Assembly (NCBI GenBank): GCA_051294375.1
Contig: CM119268.1
Location: 22,958,643 to 23,022,642, forward strand
Length of the DNA stretch: 64,000 nt
Direction of reading: 5' to 3'
Source of the DNA: Paraspadella gotoi
Taxonomy: Eukaryota > Animalia > Chaetognatha
Under the pieces are notes generated by a model. It was not told where the DNA came from and did no database searches. It was given only the letters and a program-made list of their open reading frames with translations. The translations under genes and the position numbers were made by a program. Below are positions 1 to 11,630 of the stretch, one piece after another (position 1 is the stretch's first letter; the number at the start of each line of letters is the position of its first letter).

Positions 1-1772
1 GTTTTCAGTTTCCTCCTTGAATCTCCGAAAAAGAAATTCTGTTGCGCTCGTTGTCCCTTTTGTTTTCTCCGTGTGAAAAACTCGTCTGCTTCTTTGAAGC
101 CCAAGTGAGGAGAGAAGGCCCTCGTCGGAGGACGCGAACCGAAAACCCGCAACGTGGACTTCGCAGACCTTAATGGGAGGGGAGAAGGAATCGGGGATGC
201 TTTGATGAATATTTTAATGTCTTTTTAGATGCTTAATTGTTCACTGAAACAATTGTTAGTTTTTTAAGTTTGTTTTGGTCAGATTTTTGTCAGATGTTTT
301 TGATTAAGGTTTTGACAACACATTTGGATTTTGAATAGACATTTAGATTATCGTTTCGATAGACAACTGATGAAAGTTTTTGATTGAATGTTTTGATGAA
401 TGTTTTGATTGATGTTTTGGAATTGGAGTTAGTGTTTTAGTTTTTTTTGGCGTTAAGAGTTTTTGGTTTTGTGATGTTTGGTATAATACTCGTCGAAATT
501 TCAAAGCCTTTAACTTTTTATTGTTTTTGTTCGCAACGTTGATCCAACCTGCTGTAAATCCTATTGAAATCCGTACTGCTTGAACCGTTCGTCGATACTT
601 GGGTATTCGCTTCGTCTCTCCATGTAGAAGGGTTCCCAAGGATCGATCCAGTCGCGAAAATGAATAAGCGACGCTGAGATTGGGACAGAGGAGGGAATCG
701 TTTTCCCAAGTCTCATAGTTCGGTCTGTCGCTTTTCAAGGGAAGAGGGAGAAAAAAGTTTAATTGGTTTCATAATTACCATTTTACCCTTAAATCGAGAA
801 CTTTTAATAAGTTGATTGAAATATTCTTAGTCCTTTAAAGGATAATCTCAGACGTATAGAAATTTCCTTTCGTCAAAAAGTCAATCAATCAATCAATAAA
901 CCAATCACTCAATAAATCGATAAAATCAATAAATAAATAATCAATCAACAACAACCCCGTCCGTCCTCGTCCGTCCCCTTCAACCACTCACGTGACATTT
1001 CCTACAGACTCGATCGTAAAGGGCCTCACTCTTCGCTCCTTCCTCATCGACATCAGCGCCCTCTTTCGTCTCCGGCACTTCCTCCCCTCGTCCATCTCGT
1101 AGGCGGGCAGGACGTAGACGAGATTCTCCGGCGACGGCGGATATCGGCGCCACTCTAGAGCGGCGCCGACTCGCGCGGACCGCGCCCGCTCGCCCGGCGC
1201 GATGAGCTCCTCGAATCTTCGCTCGAGATCGAGAGAAGGAAGAAGATCGACGTCGATGACGCAGACAAAGGGAGAGGCGACGTTGGAGAGAGCGACGTTG
1301 CGAAGAAGGTTGACGGGGTAAGGGATGGGGTAAGGGTTTGATGGAGACTGGATGGGGCTGGAGAGAAGGAGTATTTAAGGCTCTAACATTTAACTAATGA
1401 CTTGAAATTATATCACCAAGCATTTATTACTTAACGATCGAAACAAAAGATCATTGAGATAGAAAAAAAATCCACCCTTCAGATTTAGTTTATCTGAATG
1501 TTAATAAACCCACTATATAGTCAGTGGCAAGATAGCTTATTTAATAAATAAATAAATATTGTATTAATAAATAAATTATTTCCTTCCCTCGGGATTCTCA
1601 GGATCTCAGGATTTTTGCGACTCACCATTCTCCGCGTAGTTTTTCCTCTTTCCAAAAAACCGCTTCAAAAACGCATCCGCCCCGTCGCAATTCGTCTCTT
1701 CCGGAATTTCCGGAACTTCCCACTCCTCGTCCGGAAATTCCGAACCGGCGAAAACCAAATGAAATCCCCGCC
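1..1772 (-). CDS. B4GAT1: Beta-1,4-glucuronyltransferase 1-like (GT49 family), 3' exons only, several frameshifts
   Basis: Minus-strand exons ~1626-1772 (FHLVF...NCDG...KNYAEN), 992-~1357 (PYPVNLLRNVALSNVASPFVCVIDVDLLPS with DxD motif; VYVLPAYE; VRPF/YDRVCRKCH), 549-~733 (W-x-DPWEPFY; DERFKQYGF-NRI), 1-168 (VCEVHVAGF...GFKE). These match recalled B4GAT1/LARGE GT49 motifs in the right order. Joining them needs several 1-nt indels (read errors or pseudogenisation). The gene runs off the window start. Confidence 0.8.
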
Positions 1773-2199
1773 TATATAGATTTTGTCTCAGTACAGTACC
1801 TACAGCTCCTACAGTACGGTAATGTTCCCTCAGTCGTACCTTCGGCCGTCTTCCAGTGGATATCAGCTCTTGCCCGCTGTACGAGATAACTGGCTTATTC
1901 CCAACCTGTTACTTACCCTTTGGGAAACGTGAGGACGGTCGTAAAGCTTAAAGCAGAGGACTATACTCTCACAAATAGGACTGTCTACTGTCTAGTGTCT
2001 ATATTATAAGCATTCTAGCTACCAATCTCCATTATTAAGGCATTTAATCGGTCCTGATTTTGTCTTCACTGATCCTTAGATATTTAGGATATTCTCACCT
2101 TTTATAGTAATAATGTCGTGTGACATAAGAGACAGTCTTACTCTTAGCAATCTTATTCTTTGTGGGTAATGTTTATACCTATATTTAATAAATATATAA

Positions 2200-5100
2200 T
2201 TATTTATAGCTACCCTTTTTAGATTTTCCTCCTTTTCCTCCACCACCATCTTCTTCATCTCCTTCCTTGGAGCTTCGACTTTTGCCGCGTTTTCGTTCGT
2301 CCACCCTGTATTCACATTTAAATAAATGGATGAAGTTTAACTAAAGTTTTTTATAAATTGAATTTTAAACGTGAAAAAGTAAAACTAGACAAAGGTTTAG
2401 ATCAGATCCGAGTGCGACGAAGCGCTGCTTGAATTAAATGGTTTGTAGTCGGAAGCTCATGACGATTAGATACCGGGATCGATCCCAAATAAAAAACACT
2501 ACAACTGATTGACTCGGATTAGATGAGACGAGAAATTGTCGAAGCAAACAAATTGCCCAACGTACGAGTCAACAAATGAGCAACGAATAATCGTCGACAG
2601 CGAACCTGTCGAGAAGATCCGACTTTCTCTTTTCAATCGTCCCCGCATCTTTGCCAAAGTCTTTCGCTCTGAAGAGAGAGAAAAAAAAAGTTGAAAAATT
2701 AAGTCAAAAGATTTACAATTTGCTGTTCACTAGCTAGTTTGTTTTTTCTTTTTCTAATTCTTATCTCATCTTAAGATAAGACTTATGATAAGACTTATGA
2801 TAGGACCTATCTATCTATTATCTTCCGCATTTCATCCTTCCCTCGCCACTTCACTCGCCTATCCAGAGCGTCCATCGCTCCTTTAATTCCTTTCGTGGAT
2901 CCGCCCGTTCCACCGTGGAGCAACTGCTCCAGTTTAGACCACGTGACCAATCCTCCTCCGCCAACGAGATCCGTCGATCCTGAGAGAAAGCAACCCCATT
3001 GCAAGCAAGCAACCATTGGAACCAACCCTGCAAGCGCAACCCCACAGTGACTCATATGAAGATCCAACTTTGGCAACCATGTAATTACGTGGTACTACAA
3101 CTAGTCGGTCTTTAGCAATGATAAAAATATGGTGGACTAAAATCCACCAACCGTTCATCAGCGGCCATTGGTGCCGGAGGCAAGTCATTCGCCTCCCAAC
3201 CCAAAGGTCCGGGGTTCTAGCCCGGTGGCCGCCTAGCAGTTAAGAGGGACGGGGCGCTTAACCCGCCTGTAACATGGTGTTACAGCCTGATCCGAAGCTC
3301 AGGGACTGCTTATATTGAACGGTTCTGTCATTAACACTTATCAATAATTACTGTCTCTTCAAAAATGTCAAAAATCTTATCTAAAGTTATCATTGTAGTA
3401 GAGTAGGCGTGGATTGATTGGTCAATGAGAAGCCAAGAGAAGCGAATCATTTGGCCAATCAAATCAAACTTTCGATTCGATGTTATAACCTAATCTTATT
3501 TCGAATCTCTTTAAAAATTTTTTGGGCACCAACAAGAGTAGAGAAAATAACAAATTTTGATTCTATAAAATTGGTACAACCAATACAAAAATTATCCATT
3601 TGTTCGATAAATAAGCTATCTCGCCCCTGACTTTGGACAGGCTTTGNNNNNNNNNNNNNNNNNNNNNNNNNGTGGTTTAAAGGTTTCCATCATTCTTTCA
3701 AAGATAATGACATAGCAAGTCCCTGCAAGCTTTTCAATCAAGACTCTCTCACAGTCTAGTTTATTCACGTCAGCGTGCCTGGCTTCCCTATCAATGAGTG
3801 AGAAAATATGAGCGCTTGTATTCGAATAATATTATTTTATTTATTTATTTATTAACGCGACCGACCCAAAAGATCGAAAGAGTTGGTCAATCCCCGCCAT
3901 GAATGAGCGTCAACTTGTTTCCTCAGTCGAATGAATTCCCAAACTTCCGTGGGATCAACTTTCATCCCCCCAGTCGTGGGCGGAGCTTCGAGGGAAATGC
4001 CTTGCTCCTCGTCGAGTGTCACGAGGAGGTTGTCGGCCTGAGGGAAAGGGGAGAGGGAGAGAGGGGAAGAAGGAGAGGGAGGAAGAAGGGAGAGGGAGGA
4101 AGAAGGAGAGAGGGGAAAGGGAGAGGGAGGAAAGAGGGAGAGGGAGGAAGAAGGGAGAGGGAGGAAGAAGGAGAGAGGGGAAGAAGGGACAGGGAGGAAG
4201 AAGGGAGAGGGAGGGAAGAAGGAGAGTGAGGAAGAAAGGAGAGGGAGGAAGAAGGGAGAGAGGGGAAGAAGGGAGAGGGAGGAAGAAGGGAGAGAGGGGA
4301 AGAAGGGACAGGGAGGAAGAAGGGAGAGGGAGGAAGAAGGGAGAGGGAGGAAGAAGGGAGAGGAGGAAGAGGGAGAGAGGGGAAGAAGGGAGAGGGAGGA
4401 AGAAGGGAGAGAGGGGAAGAAGGAGAGAGGAGAGGGAGGAGCAAAGGGAGAGGGAGGAAGAAGGGAGAGGGAGGAAGAAGGAGAGGGAGGAAGAAGGGAG
4501 AGAGGGAAAGAAGGGAGAGGAAGGAAGAAGGGAGAGGGAGGAAGAAGGAGAGAGGGAAGAAGGAGAGAGGGGAAGAAGGGAGAGGGAGGAAGAAGGGAGA
4601 GAGGGAAGAAGGGAGAGAGGGGGAAGAAGGGAGAGGGAGGAAGAAGGGAGAGGGGCGGAGGAAAGGAGAGGGAGGAGGAAGGGAGAGGGAGGAGAAGGGA
4701 GAGGAGGAAGAAGGGAGAGAGGGGAAGAAGGGAGAGAGGGGAAAGAGGGAGAGGGAGGAAGAAGGGAGAGTGAGAAGAAGGGAGAGGGAGGAAGAAGGGA
4801 GAGGGAGGAAGAAGGAGAGGGAGAAGAAGGAGAGAGGGAAAGAAGGGAGAGGAAGGAAGAAGGAGAGGAGAGAAGAAGGGAGAGGGAGGAGAAGGGAGAG
4901 AGAGGAAGAAGGGAGAGGGAGGAAGAAGGGAGAGGGAGGAAGAAGGGAGAGGAGGAAGCGAAAAACGGAAATGAACATTAGGAGGAAAAAGAAAAGAATA
5001 TAAGAGGGAAAAGTGGAGTTGCTTGTGAAATAATTTATTTCAAATATTAGACAGAAAATTTATGATTAGAAAGATAAGACCACATTAACTCACGAATTGA

Positions 5101-5598
5101 TATGAGGTTGAGCGCTAAGAGGGCTGAAGACTACCAACCATGACATTGAGTTGTTTTCCAGGTCCCCAAGGAGGCTTACGAACGTCACACGCTACTCGAA
5201 GAGTAGGTATCAATCAGCACATCATGGTCACGAGCTGAGGCTCTACTCATATTTGAGCCACCGGTCAATAATAAACTAAATGTCTTTGATTATATTTCGG
5301 GCGGAGTGAACTTCCCGCAAATCACGATAATTTACAAATCTTTTCCTCCTTTCTCCGCGCGTGACTCTGGTCAGGCGCCAGGCCGTATCAGTTCATTCTT
5401 AATTCCTTTACAGTCCAAACCATAACAACTTGCCCCCCTCTACTTTCCAGCACCTTGGCGTGAATCATGAGCTGCTTGAGACAAGCGAGCAACATGTTGA
5501 GATCGACGCAACCGAGTTTGTGGAGTTCCGATCGCCATCTCCAACGCCTCTTGCATCCGAATCGTCCGCTTCATGAATTTTTTCTCCCGCGTAGGCAT
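2200..5598 (-). CDS. QRICH2/C16orf96-like protein, N-terminal motifs only (short gene, copy 1)
   Basis: Exon from ATG 5598 (MQEALEMAIGTPQLGCVDLNMLLACLKQLM, like the QRICH2-type 'LxIGTPExGAVNF' start), a possible exon ~5275-5366, then 3866-4037 (EVWEFIRLRKQVDAHQAGIDQLFDLL, read from the cleaner copy 2), 2859-2979 (LVTWSKLEQLL), 2606-2668 and 2200-2305 (stop TAA). Phases of the last four exons are compatible when the intact copy-2 exon is used; two donors would be GC. Copy 1 has indels. Confidence 0.55.
3161..3233 (+). mobile_element. tRNA-Gly-like pseudo-tRNA / probable SINE head
   Basis: GCGGCCA...TGGCCGC forms a perfect 7-bp acceptor stem; T-arm CCGGG-GTTCTAG-CCCGG; loop CTCCCAA; the anticodon stem is mismatched. 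Followed by ~110 nt of non-tRNA body. Confidence 0.55.
3647..3671. other. Assembly gap, 25 N (others: 6996-7020 25 N, 47566-47590 25 N, 16267-16329 63 N)
   Basis: Runs of N counted directly. Confidence 0.97.
4040..4960. repeat. Polypurine tract (GGGAGAGGGAGGAAGAA-like unit); copies at ~6955-7915 and 9608-9775
   Basis: Almost pure A/G; on the minus strand it is a very long pyrimidine tract abutting the acceptor at 4038. Confidence 0.95.
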
Positions 5599-5646
5599 CT
5601 TTTCTTTTTTTTTTTGTTTTCGAGTCGATGTCAACCTATCACCCCT

Positions 5647-6025
5647 GGGCCTTATTTTCCCAGAACGATCCATTTCGTCTTAAAATTTTTTTGAATCGAG
5701 CTAGTGTTTTTTTGAGTAAAAGATTAGAGGTTATGTTAAGGATTACATTTAGGATTAGCGAAGGATTGAGGTTCGGGATTTGGTTATGGGTTAGGGACAA
5801 GGATTTAATGTTTGAGCGGTTTGGGATTAGGATTTCGAATTAGGCTAAGGTTAAAGATTAGGAATAAAGATTAAGGAAAAGGATTTAATATGAGCGGTGA
5901 GGAATTAAAAATTATGGACAAGGGTTTAGAATTAGGATTTAAAATAGATTAAGGTTTAAGAATAGGGATAAAGATTAGGGTTAGGGATAAAGAACAGAAA
6001 TGGGGTTCTCTGGAAAAGAGAGCCC
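5647..6025. mobile_element. MITE-like element with ~30-bp TIRs and telomere-like interior (copies 8607-8987, ~10478-10859)
   Basis: Left end GGGCCTTATTTTCCCAGAACGATCCATTTC versus reverse complement of right end GGGCTCTCTTTTCCAGAGAACCCCATTTC; interior is degenerate TTAGGR repeats. Confidence 0.7.
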
Positions 6026-6783
6026 TTTTTTGAAAGTTATCTGGCGAGATATTTTATCTGATAATTCGAAACTCTTACCTTTATTTTTTTTTATCAAATT
6101 AAAATACTATTTTCTTTTTTTTATCATTTACATTTTTTTAAAAATTCGATTCGTCGCCTTTTTTCATTAACTCGAAAGATAAAAAGTTTTTTTATCATCT
6201 TAAGAAGTTCGAATTTTCTTGACGTTTGATATTTTACTCATGTAATAATATTAATTATAATGTAATTAACAATTAATTGCTTGGAGAATTACGTCCGATG
6301 ATTGACTGGAAATAAATTTCGATTTTGGATTCATGATGTAAATTCTTGTATCGTTCTGTATTTTCCGTCCTGATTTTCATTTTTAATATTATTACTATTA
6401 TAAAATTCCCTTTCTATTTTATTTTCTGGTTTGATTGTATGTATTGTATTGTATTGAATGTATACATTTCTTTCTAAGTCTATCAATAAGCAAGGTTTAT
6501 GTTAAATTTATTCATATATGAACTTAGGAGGAACAAAAGTAAATCACTAAATAATATGAAATTGGTAACAACCAATATAAAATTATCCTTTCATTTAATA
6601 AATACAAGGCCTCCATCACTCTTACAAGATAATGACATATCAGATAGCTTTCAATCAAGACTCTCTCACAGTCTAGTTTATTCACGTCCAGCGTGCCTGG
6701 CTTCCCTATCAATGAAGTGAGAAAATATGAGCGCTTGTATTCGAATAATATTATTTTATTTATTTATTTATTACGCGACCGAC

Positions 6784-8558
6784 CCAAAAGATCGAAGAGT
6801 TGGTCAATCCCCGCCTGATGAGCGTCAACTTGTTTCCTCAGTCGAATGAATTCCCAAACTTCCGTGGGATCAACTTTCATCCCCCCAGTCGTGGGCGGAG
6901 CTTCGAGGGAAATGCCTTGCTCCTCGTCGAGTGTCACGAGGAGGTTGTCGGCCTGAGGGGAAAGGGGAGAGGGAGAGAGGGGAAGAAGGGAGAGGNNNNN
7001 NNNNNNNNNNNNNNNNNNNNGAGGAAGAAAGGGAGAGGGAGGGAAGAAGGGAGAGGGAAGAAGGGGAGGGGAAAGAGGGGAGAGGGGAAGGGAGAGGAAG
7101 GGAGAGGGAGAAGAGGAGAAGGGAAGGAGAGGGGAAGAAGGGACAGGGAGGAAGAGGGAGAGGGAGGAAGAAGGAGAGTGAGGAAGAAGGGAGAGGGAGG
7201 AAGAAGGGAGAGAGGGGAAGAAGGGAGAGGGAGGAAAGAAGGGAGAGAGGGGAAGAAGGGACAGGGAGGAAGAAGGGAGAGGGAGGAAGAGGGAGAGGGA
7301 GGAAGAAGGGAGAGGAGGAAGAGGGAGAGAGGGGAAGAAGGGAGAGGGAGGAAGAAGGGAAGAGAGGGGAAGAAGAGAGAGGAGAGGGAGAGGACAAGGG
7401 AGAGGGAGGAAGAAGGGAGAGGGAGGAAGAAGGGAGAGGGAGGAAGAAGGGAGAGAGGGAAAGAAGGGAGAGGAAGGAAGAAGGGAGAGGGAGGAAGAAG
7501 GAGAGAGGGGAAGAAGGGAGAGAGGGAAGAAGGGAGAGGGAGGAAGAAGGAGAGAGGGGAAGAAGGGAGAGAGGGGGAAGAAGGGAGAGGGAGGAAGAAG
7601 GGAGAGGGGCGGAGGAAAGGGAGAGGGAGGAGGAAGGGAGAGGGAGGAGGAAGGGAGAGGAGGAAGAAGGGAGAGAGGGGAAGAAGGAGAGAGGGGAAAG
7701 AGGGAGAGGGAGGAAGAAGGGAGAGTGAGGAAGAAGGGAGAGGGAGAAGAAGGGAGAGGGAGGAAGAAGGAGAGGGAGGAAGAAGGAGAGAGGGAAGAAG
7801 GGAGAGGAAAGGAAGAAGGGAGAGGGAGAAGAAGGGAGAGGGAGGGAAGGAGAGAGAGGAAGAGAGGGAGAGGGAGGAAGAAGGAGAAGGGAGGAAGAAG
7901 GGAGAGGGAGGAAGCGAAAAACGGAAATGAACATTAGGAGGAAAAAGAAAAGAAATATAAGAGGGAAAAGTGGAGTTGCTTGTGAAATAATTTATTTCAA
8001 ATATTAGACAGAAAATTTATGATTAGAAAGATAAGACCACATTAACTCACGAATTGATATGAGGTTGAGCGCTAAGAGGGCTGAAGACTACCAACCATGA
8101 CTTGAGTTGTTTTCCAGGTCCCCAAGGAGGCTTACGAACGTCCACACGCTACTCGAAGAGTAGGTATCAATACAGCACATCATGGTCACGAGCTGAAGGC
8201 TCTACTCATATTTGAGCCACCGGTCAATAATAAACTAAATGTCTTTTGATTATATTTCGGGCGGAGTGAACTTCCCGCAAATCACGATAATTTAAAAATC
8301 TTTTCCTCCCTTTCTCCGCCGCGTGACTCTGGTCAGGCGCCAGGCCGTATCAGTTCATTCTTAATTCCTTTACAGTCCAAACCATAACAACTTGCCCCCT
8401 CTACTTTCCAGCACCTTGGCGTGAATCATGAGCTGCTTGAGACAAGCGAGCAACATGTTGAGATCGACGCAACCGAGTTGTGGAGTTCCGATCGCCATCT
8501 CCAACGCCTCTTGCATCCGAATCGTCCGCTTCATGAATTTTTTCTCCCGCGTAGGCAT
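6784..8558 (-). CDS. QRICH2/C16orf96-like 5' exons, duplicate copy 2 (copy 3 retains only exon 1, ~10265-10427)
   Basis: ATG at 8558 with an open MAIGTPQLGCVDL frame; exon 6784-6952 is 169 nt and open (phase 0 to 1). Confidence 0.45.
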
Positions 8559-11394
8559 CTTTTCTTTTTTTTTTGTTTTCGAGTCGATGTCAACCCTATC
8601 ACCCCTGGGCCTTATTTTCCCAGAACGATCCATTTCGTCTTAAATTTTTTTGAATCGAGCTAGTGTTTTTTTGAGTAAAAGATTAGAGGTTATGGTTAAG
8701 GATTACATTTAGGATTAGCGAAGGATTGAGGTTCGGGATTTGGTTATGGGTTAGGGACAAGGATTTAATGTTTGAGCGGTTTGGGATTAGGATTTCGAAT
8801 TAGGCTAAGGTTAAAGATTAGGAATAAAGATTAAAGGAAAAGGATTTAATATGAGCGGTGAGGAATTAAAAATTAGGACAAGGGTTTAGAATTAGGATTT
8901 AAAATTAGATTAAGGTTAAGAATAGGGATAAAGATTAGGGTTAGGGATAAAAGAACAGAAATGGGGTTCTCTGGGAAAAGAGAGCCCGTTTTTGAAAGTT
9001 ATCTGGCGAGATATTTTATCTGATTAATCGAAACTCTTACCTTTATTTTTTTATCAAAATTAAAATACTATTTTCTTTTTTTTATCATTTACATTTTTTT
9101 AAAAATTCGATTCGTCGCCTTTTTTCATTAACTCGAAAGATAAAAAGTTTTTTTTATCATCTTAAGAAGTTCGAATTTTCTTAGACGTTTGATATTTTAC
9201 TCAAAAGTAATAATATTAATTATAATGTAATTAACAATTAATTGCTTGGAGATGTACCGTCCGATGATTGACTGGAAATAATTTCGATTTTGGATTCATG
9301 ATGTAAATTCTTGTATCTTCTGTATTTTCCGTCCTGATTTTCATTTTTAATATTATTACTATTATAAAATTCCCTTTCTATTTATTTTCTGGTTTGATTG
9401 TATGTATTGTATTGTATTGAATGTATACATTTCTTTCTAAGTCTATCAATAAGCAAAGGTTTATGTTAATTTATTCATATATGAACTTAGGAGGAACAAA
9501 AGTAAATCACTAAAATAATATGAAATTGGTAACAACCAATATAAAATTTATCCTTTCATTAATAAATAATAGTGTCCATCACTCTTACAAGATAAGACAT
9601 ATCAGATGGAGAGGGAGGAAGAAGGGAGAGGGAGGAAGAAGGGAGAGAGGGGAAGAAGGGAGAGGGAGGAAGAAGGGAGAGGGAGGAAGAAGGGAGAGGG
9701 AGGAAGAAGGGAGAGAGAGGAAGAAGGGAGAGGGAGGAAGAAGGGAGAGGGAGGAAGAAGGGAGAGGGAGGAAGCGAAAAACGGAAATGAGACATTAGGA
9801 GAGAAAAAGAAAAGAAATATAAGAGGGAAAAGTGGAGTTGCTTGTGAAATAATTTATTTCAAATATTAGACAGAAAATTTATGATTAGAAAGATAAGACC
9901 ACATTAACTCACGAATTTGATATGAGGTTGAGGCGCTAAGAGGGCTGAAGACTACCAACCATGACTTGAGTTGTTTTCCAGGTCCCCAAGGAGGCTTACG
10001 AACGTCCACACGCTACTCGAAGAGTAGGTATCAATCCCAGCACATCATGGTCACGAGCTGAAGGCTCTACTCATATTGAGCCACCGGGTCAATAATAAAC
10101 TAAATGTCTTTTGATTATATTTCGGGCGGAGTGAACTTCCCGCAAATCACGATAATTTAAAATCTTTTCCTCCCTTTCTCCGCCGCGTGACCTCTGGTCA
10201 GGCGCCAGGCCCGTATCAGTTCATTCCTTAATTCCTTTACAGTCCAAACCCATAACAACTTGCCCCCCTCTACTTTCCAGCACCTTGGCGTGAATCATGA
10301 GCTGCTTGAGACAAGCGAGCAACATGTTGAGATCGACGCAACCGAGTTGTGGAGTTCCGATCGCCATCTCCAACGCCTCTTGCATCCGAATCGTCCGCTT
10401 CATGAATTTTTTCTCCCGCGTAGGCATCTTTTCTTTTTTTTTTTGTTTTCGAGTCGATGTCAACCCTATCACCCCTGGGGCCTTATTTTCCCAGAACGAT
10501 CCATTTCGTCTTAAATTTTTTTGAATCGAGCTAGTGTTTTTTTGAGTAAAAGATTAGAGGTTATGGTTAAGGATTACATTTAGGATTAGGCGAAGGATTG
10601 AGGTTCGGGATTTGGTTATGGGTTAGGGACAAGGATTTAATGTTTGAGCGGTTTGGGATTAGGATTTCGAATTAGGCTAAGGTTAAAGATTAGGAATAAA
10701 GATTAAGGAAAAGGATTTAATATGAGCGGTGAGGATTAAAAATTAAGGACAAGGGTTTAGAATTAGGATTTAAAATTAGATTAAGGTTTAAGAATAGGGA
10801 TAAAGATTAGGGTTAGGGATAAAAGAACAGAAATGGGGTTCTCTGGGAAAAGAGAGCCCTTTTTTGAAAGTTATCTGGCGAGATATTTTATCTGATTAAG
10901 TCGAAACTCTTACCTTTATTTTTTTTATCAAATTAAAATTACTATTTTCTTTTTTTTATCATTTACATTTTTTTAAAAATTCGATTCGTCGCCTTTTTTC
11001 ATTAAACTCGAAAGATAAAAAGTTTTTTTATCATCTTAAGAAGTTCGAATTTTCTTAGACGTTTGATATTTTACTCGTAATAGTAATAATATTAATTATA
11101 ATGTAATTAACAATTAATTGCTTGGAGATGTACCGTCCGATGATTGACTGGAAATAATTTCGATTTTGGATTCATGATGTAAATTCTTGTATCGTTCTGT
11201 ATTTTCCGTCCTGATTTTCATTTTAATATTATTACTATTATAAATTCCCTTTCTATTTTATTTTCTGGTTTGATTGTATGTATTGTATTGTATTGAATGT
11301 ATACATTTCTTTCTAAGTCTATCAATAAGCAAAGGTTTATGTTAAATTTATTCATATATGAACTTAGGAGGAACAAAAGTAAATCACTAAATAA

Positions 11395-11580
11395 TATGAA
11401 ATTGGTACAACCAATATAAAAATTATCCTTTCATTTAATAAATAAGGCCTCCATCACTCTTACAAGATAATGACATATCAGGTCTCTGCAAGCTTTCAAT
11501 CAAGACTCTCTCCAAAGTACCTGGCTTCCCTATCAATGAAGTGGTATAATATTTCAAAGAATGTTTCAATTGTATGAAAA
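11395..11580 (+). mobile_element. ~230-250-bp interspersed repeat family
   Basis: Core TATGAAATTGGTACAAC...CATCACTCTTACAAGATAATGACAT...AAGCTTTCAATCAAGACTCTCTC...CTGGCTTCCCTATCA. Other copies at ~3567-3796, 6555-6719, 9520-9605, 12960-13110, 40975-41164, 49258-49448, 57758-58005 (minus), 58010-58105 and 61935-62053. Confidence 0.85.
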
Positions 11581-11630
11581 TATTTCATTTTGCAAGATTT
11601 ATATTTATTTAAACCATCAACCATCCATCC

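Larger units (their letters stand above)
3700..11540. repeat. Tandem triplication of a ~2.9-kb unit (third copy lacks its first ~1.2 kb)
   Basis: Units ~3700-6640, ~6640-9607 and 9608-~11540 are near-identical (e.g. GCGAAAAACGGAAATGA at ~4958/7914/9774); they differ mostly by 1-nt indels. Confidence 0.93.

Noticed and set aside
3161-3233. Functional tRNA-Gly(CCC)
   Set aside because: Anticodon stem has two mismatches and the T-loop is non-canonical.
4016-7937. Long R/E/G-rich and L/P/S-rich ORFs
   Set aside because: Stop-free only because the tract is pure purine/pyrimidine; the same applies to most ORFs in 39900-53200.
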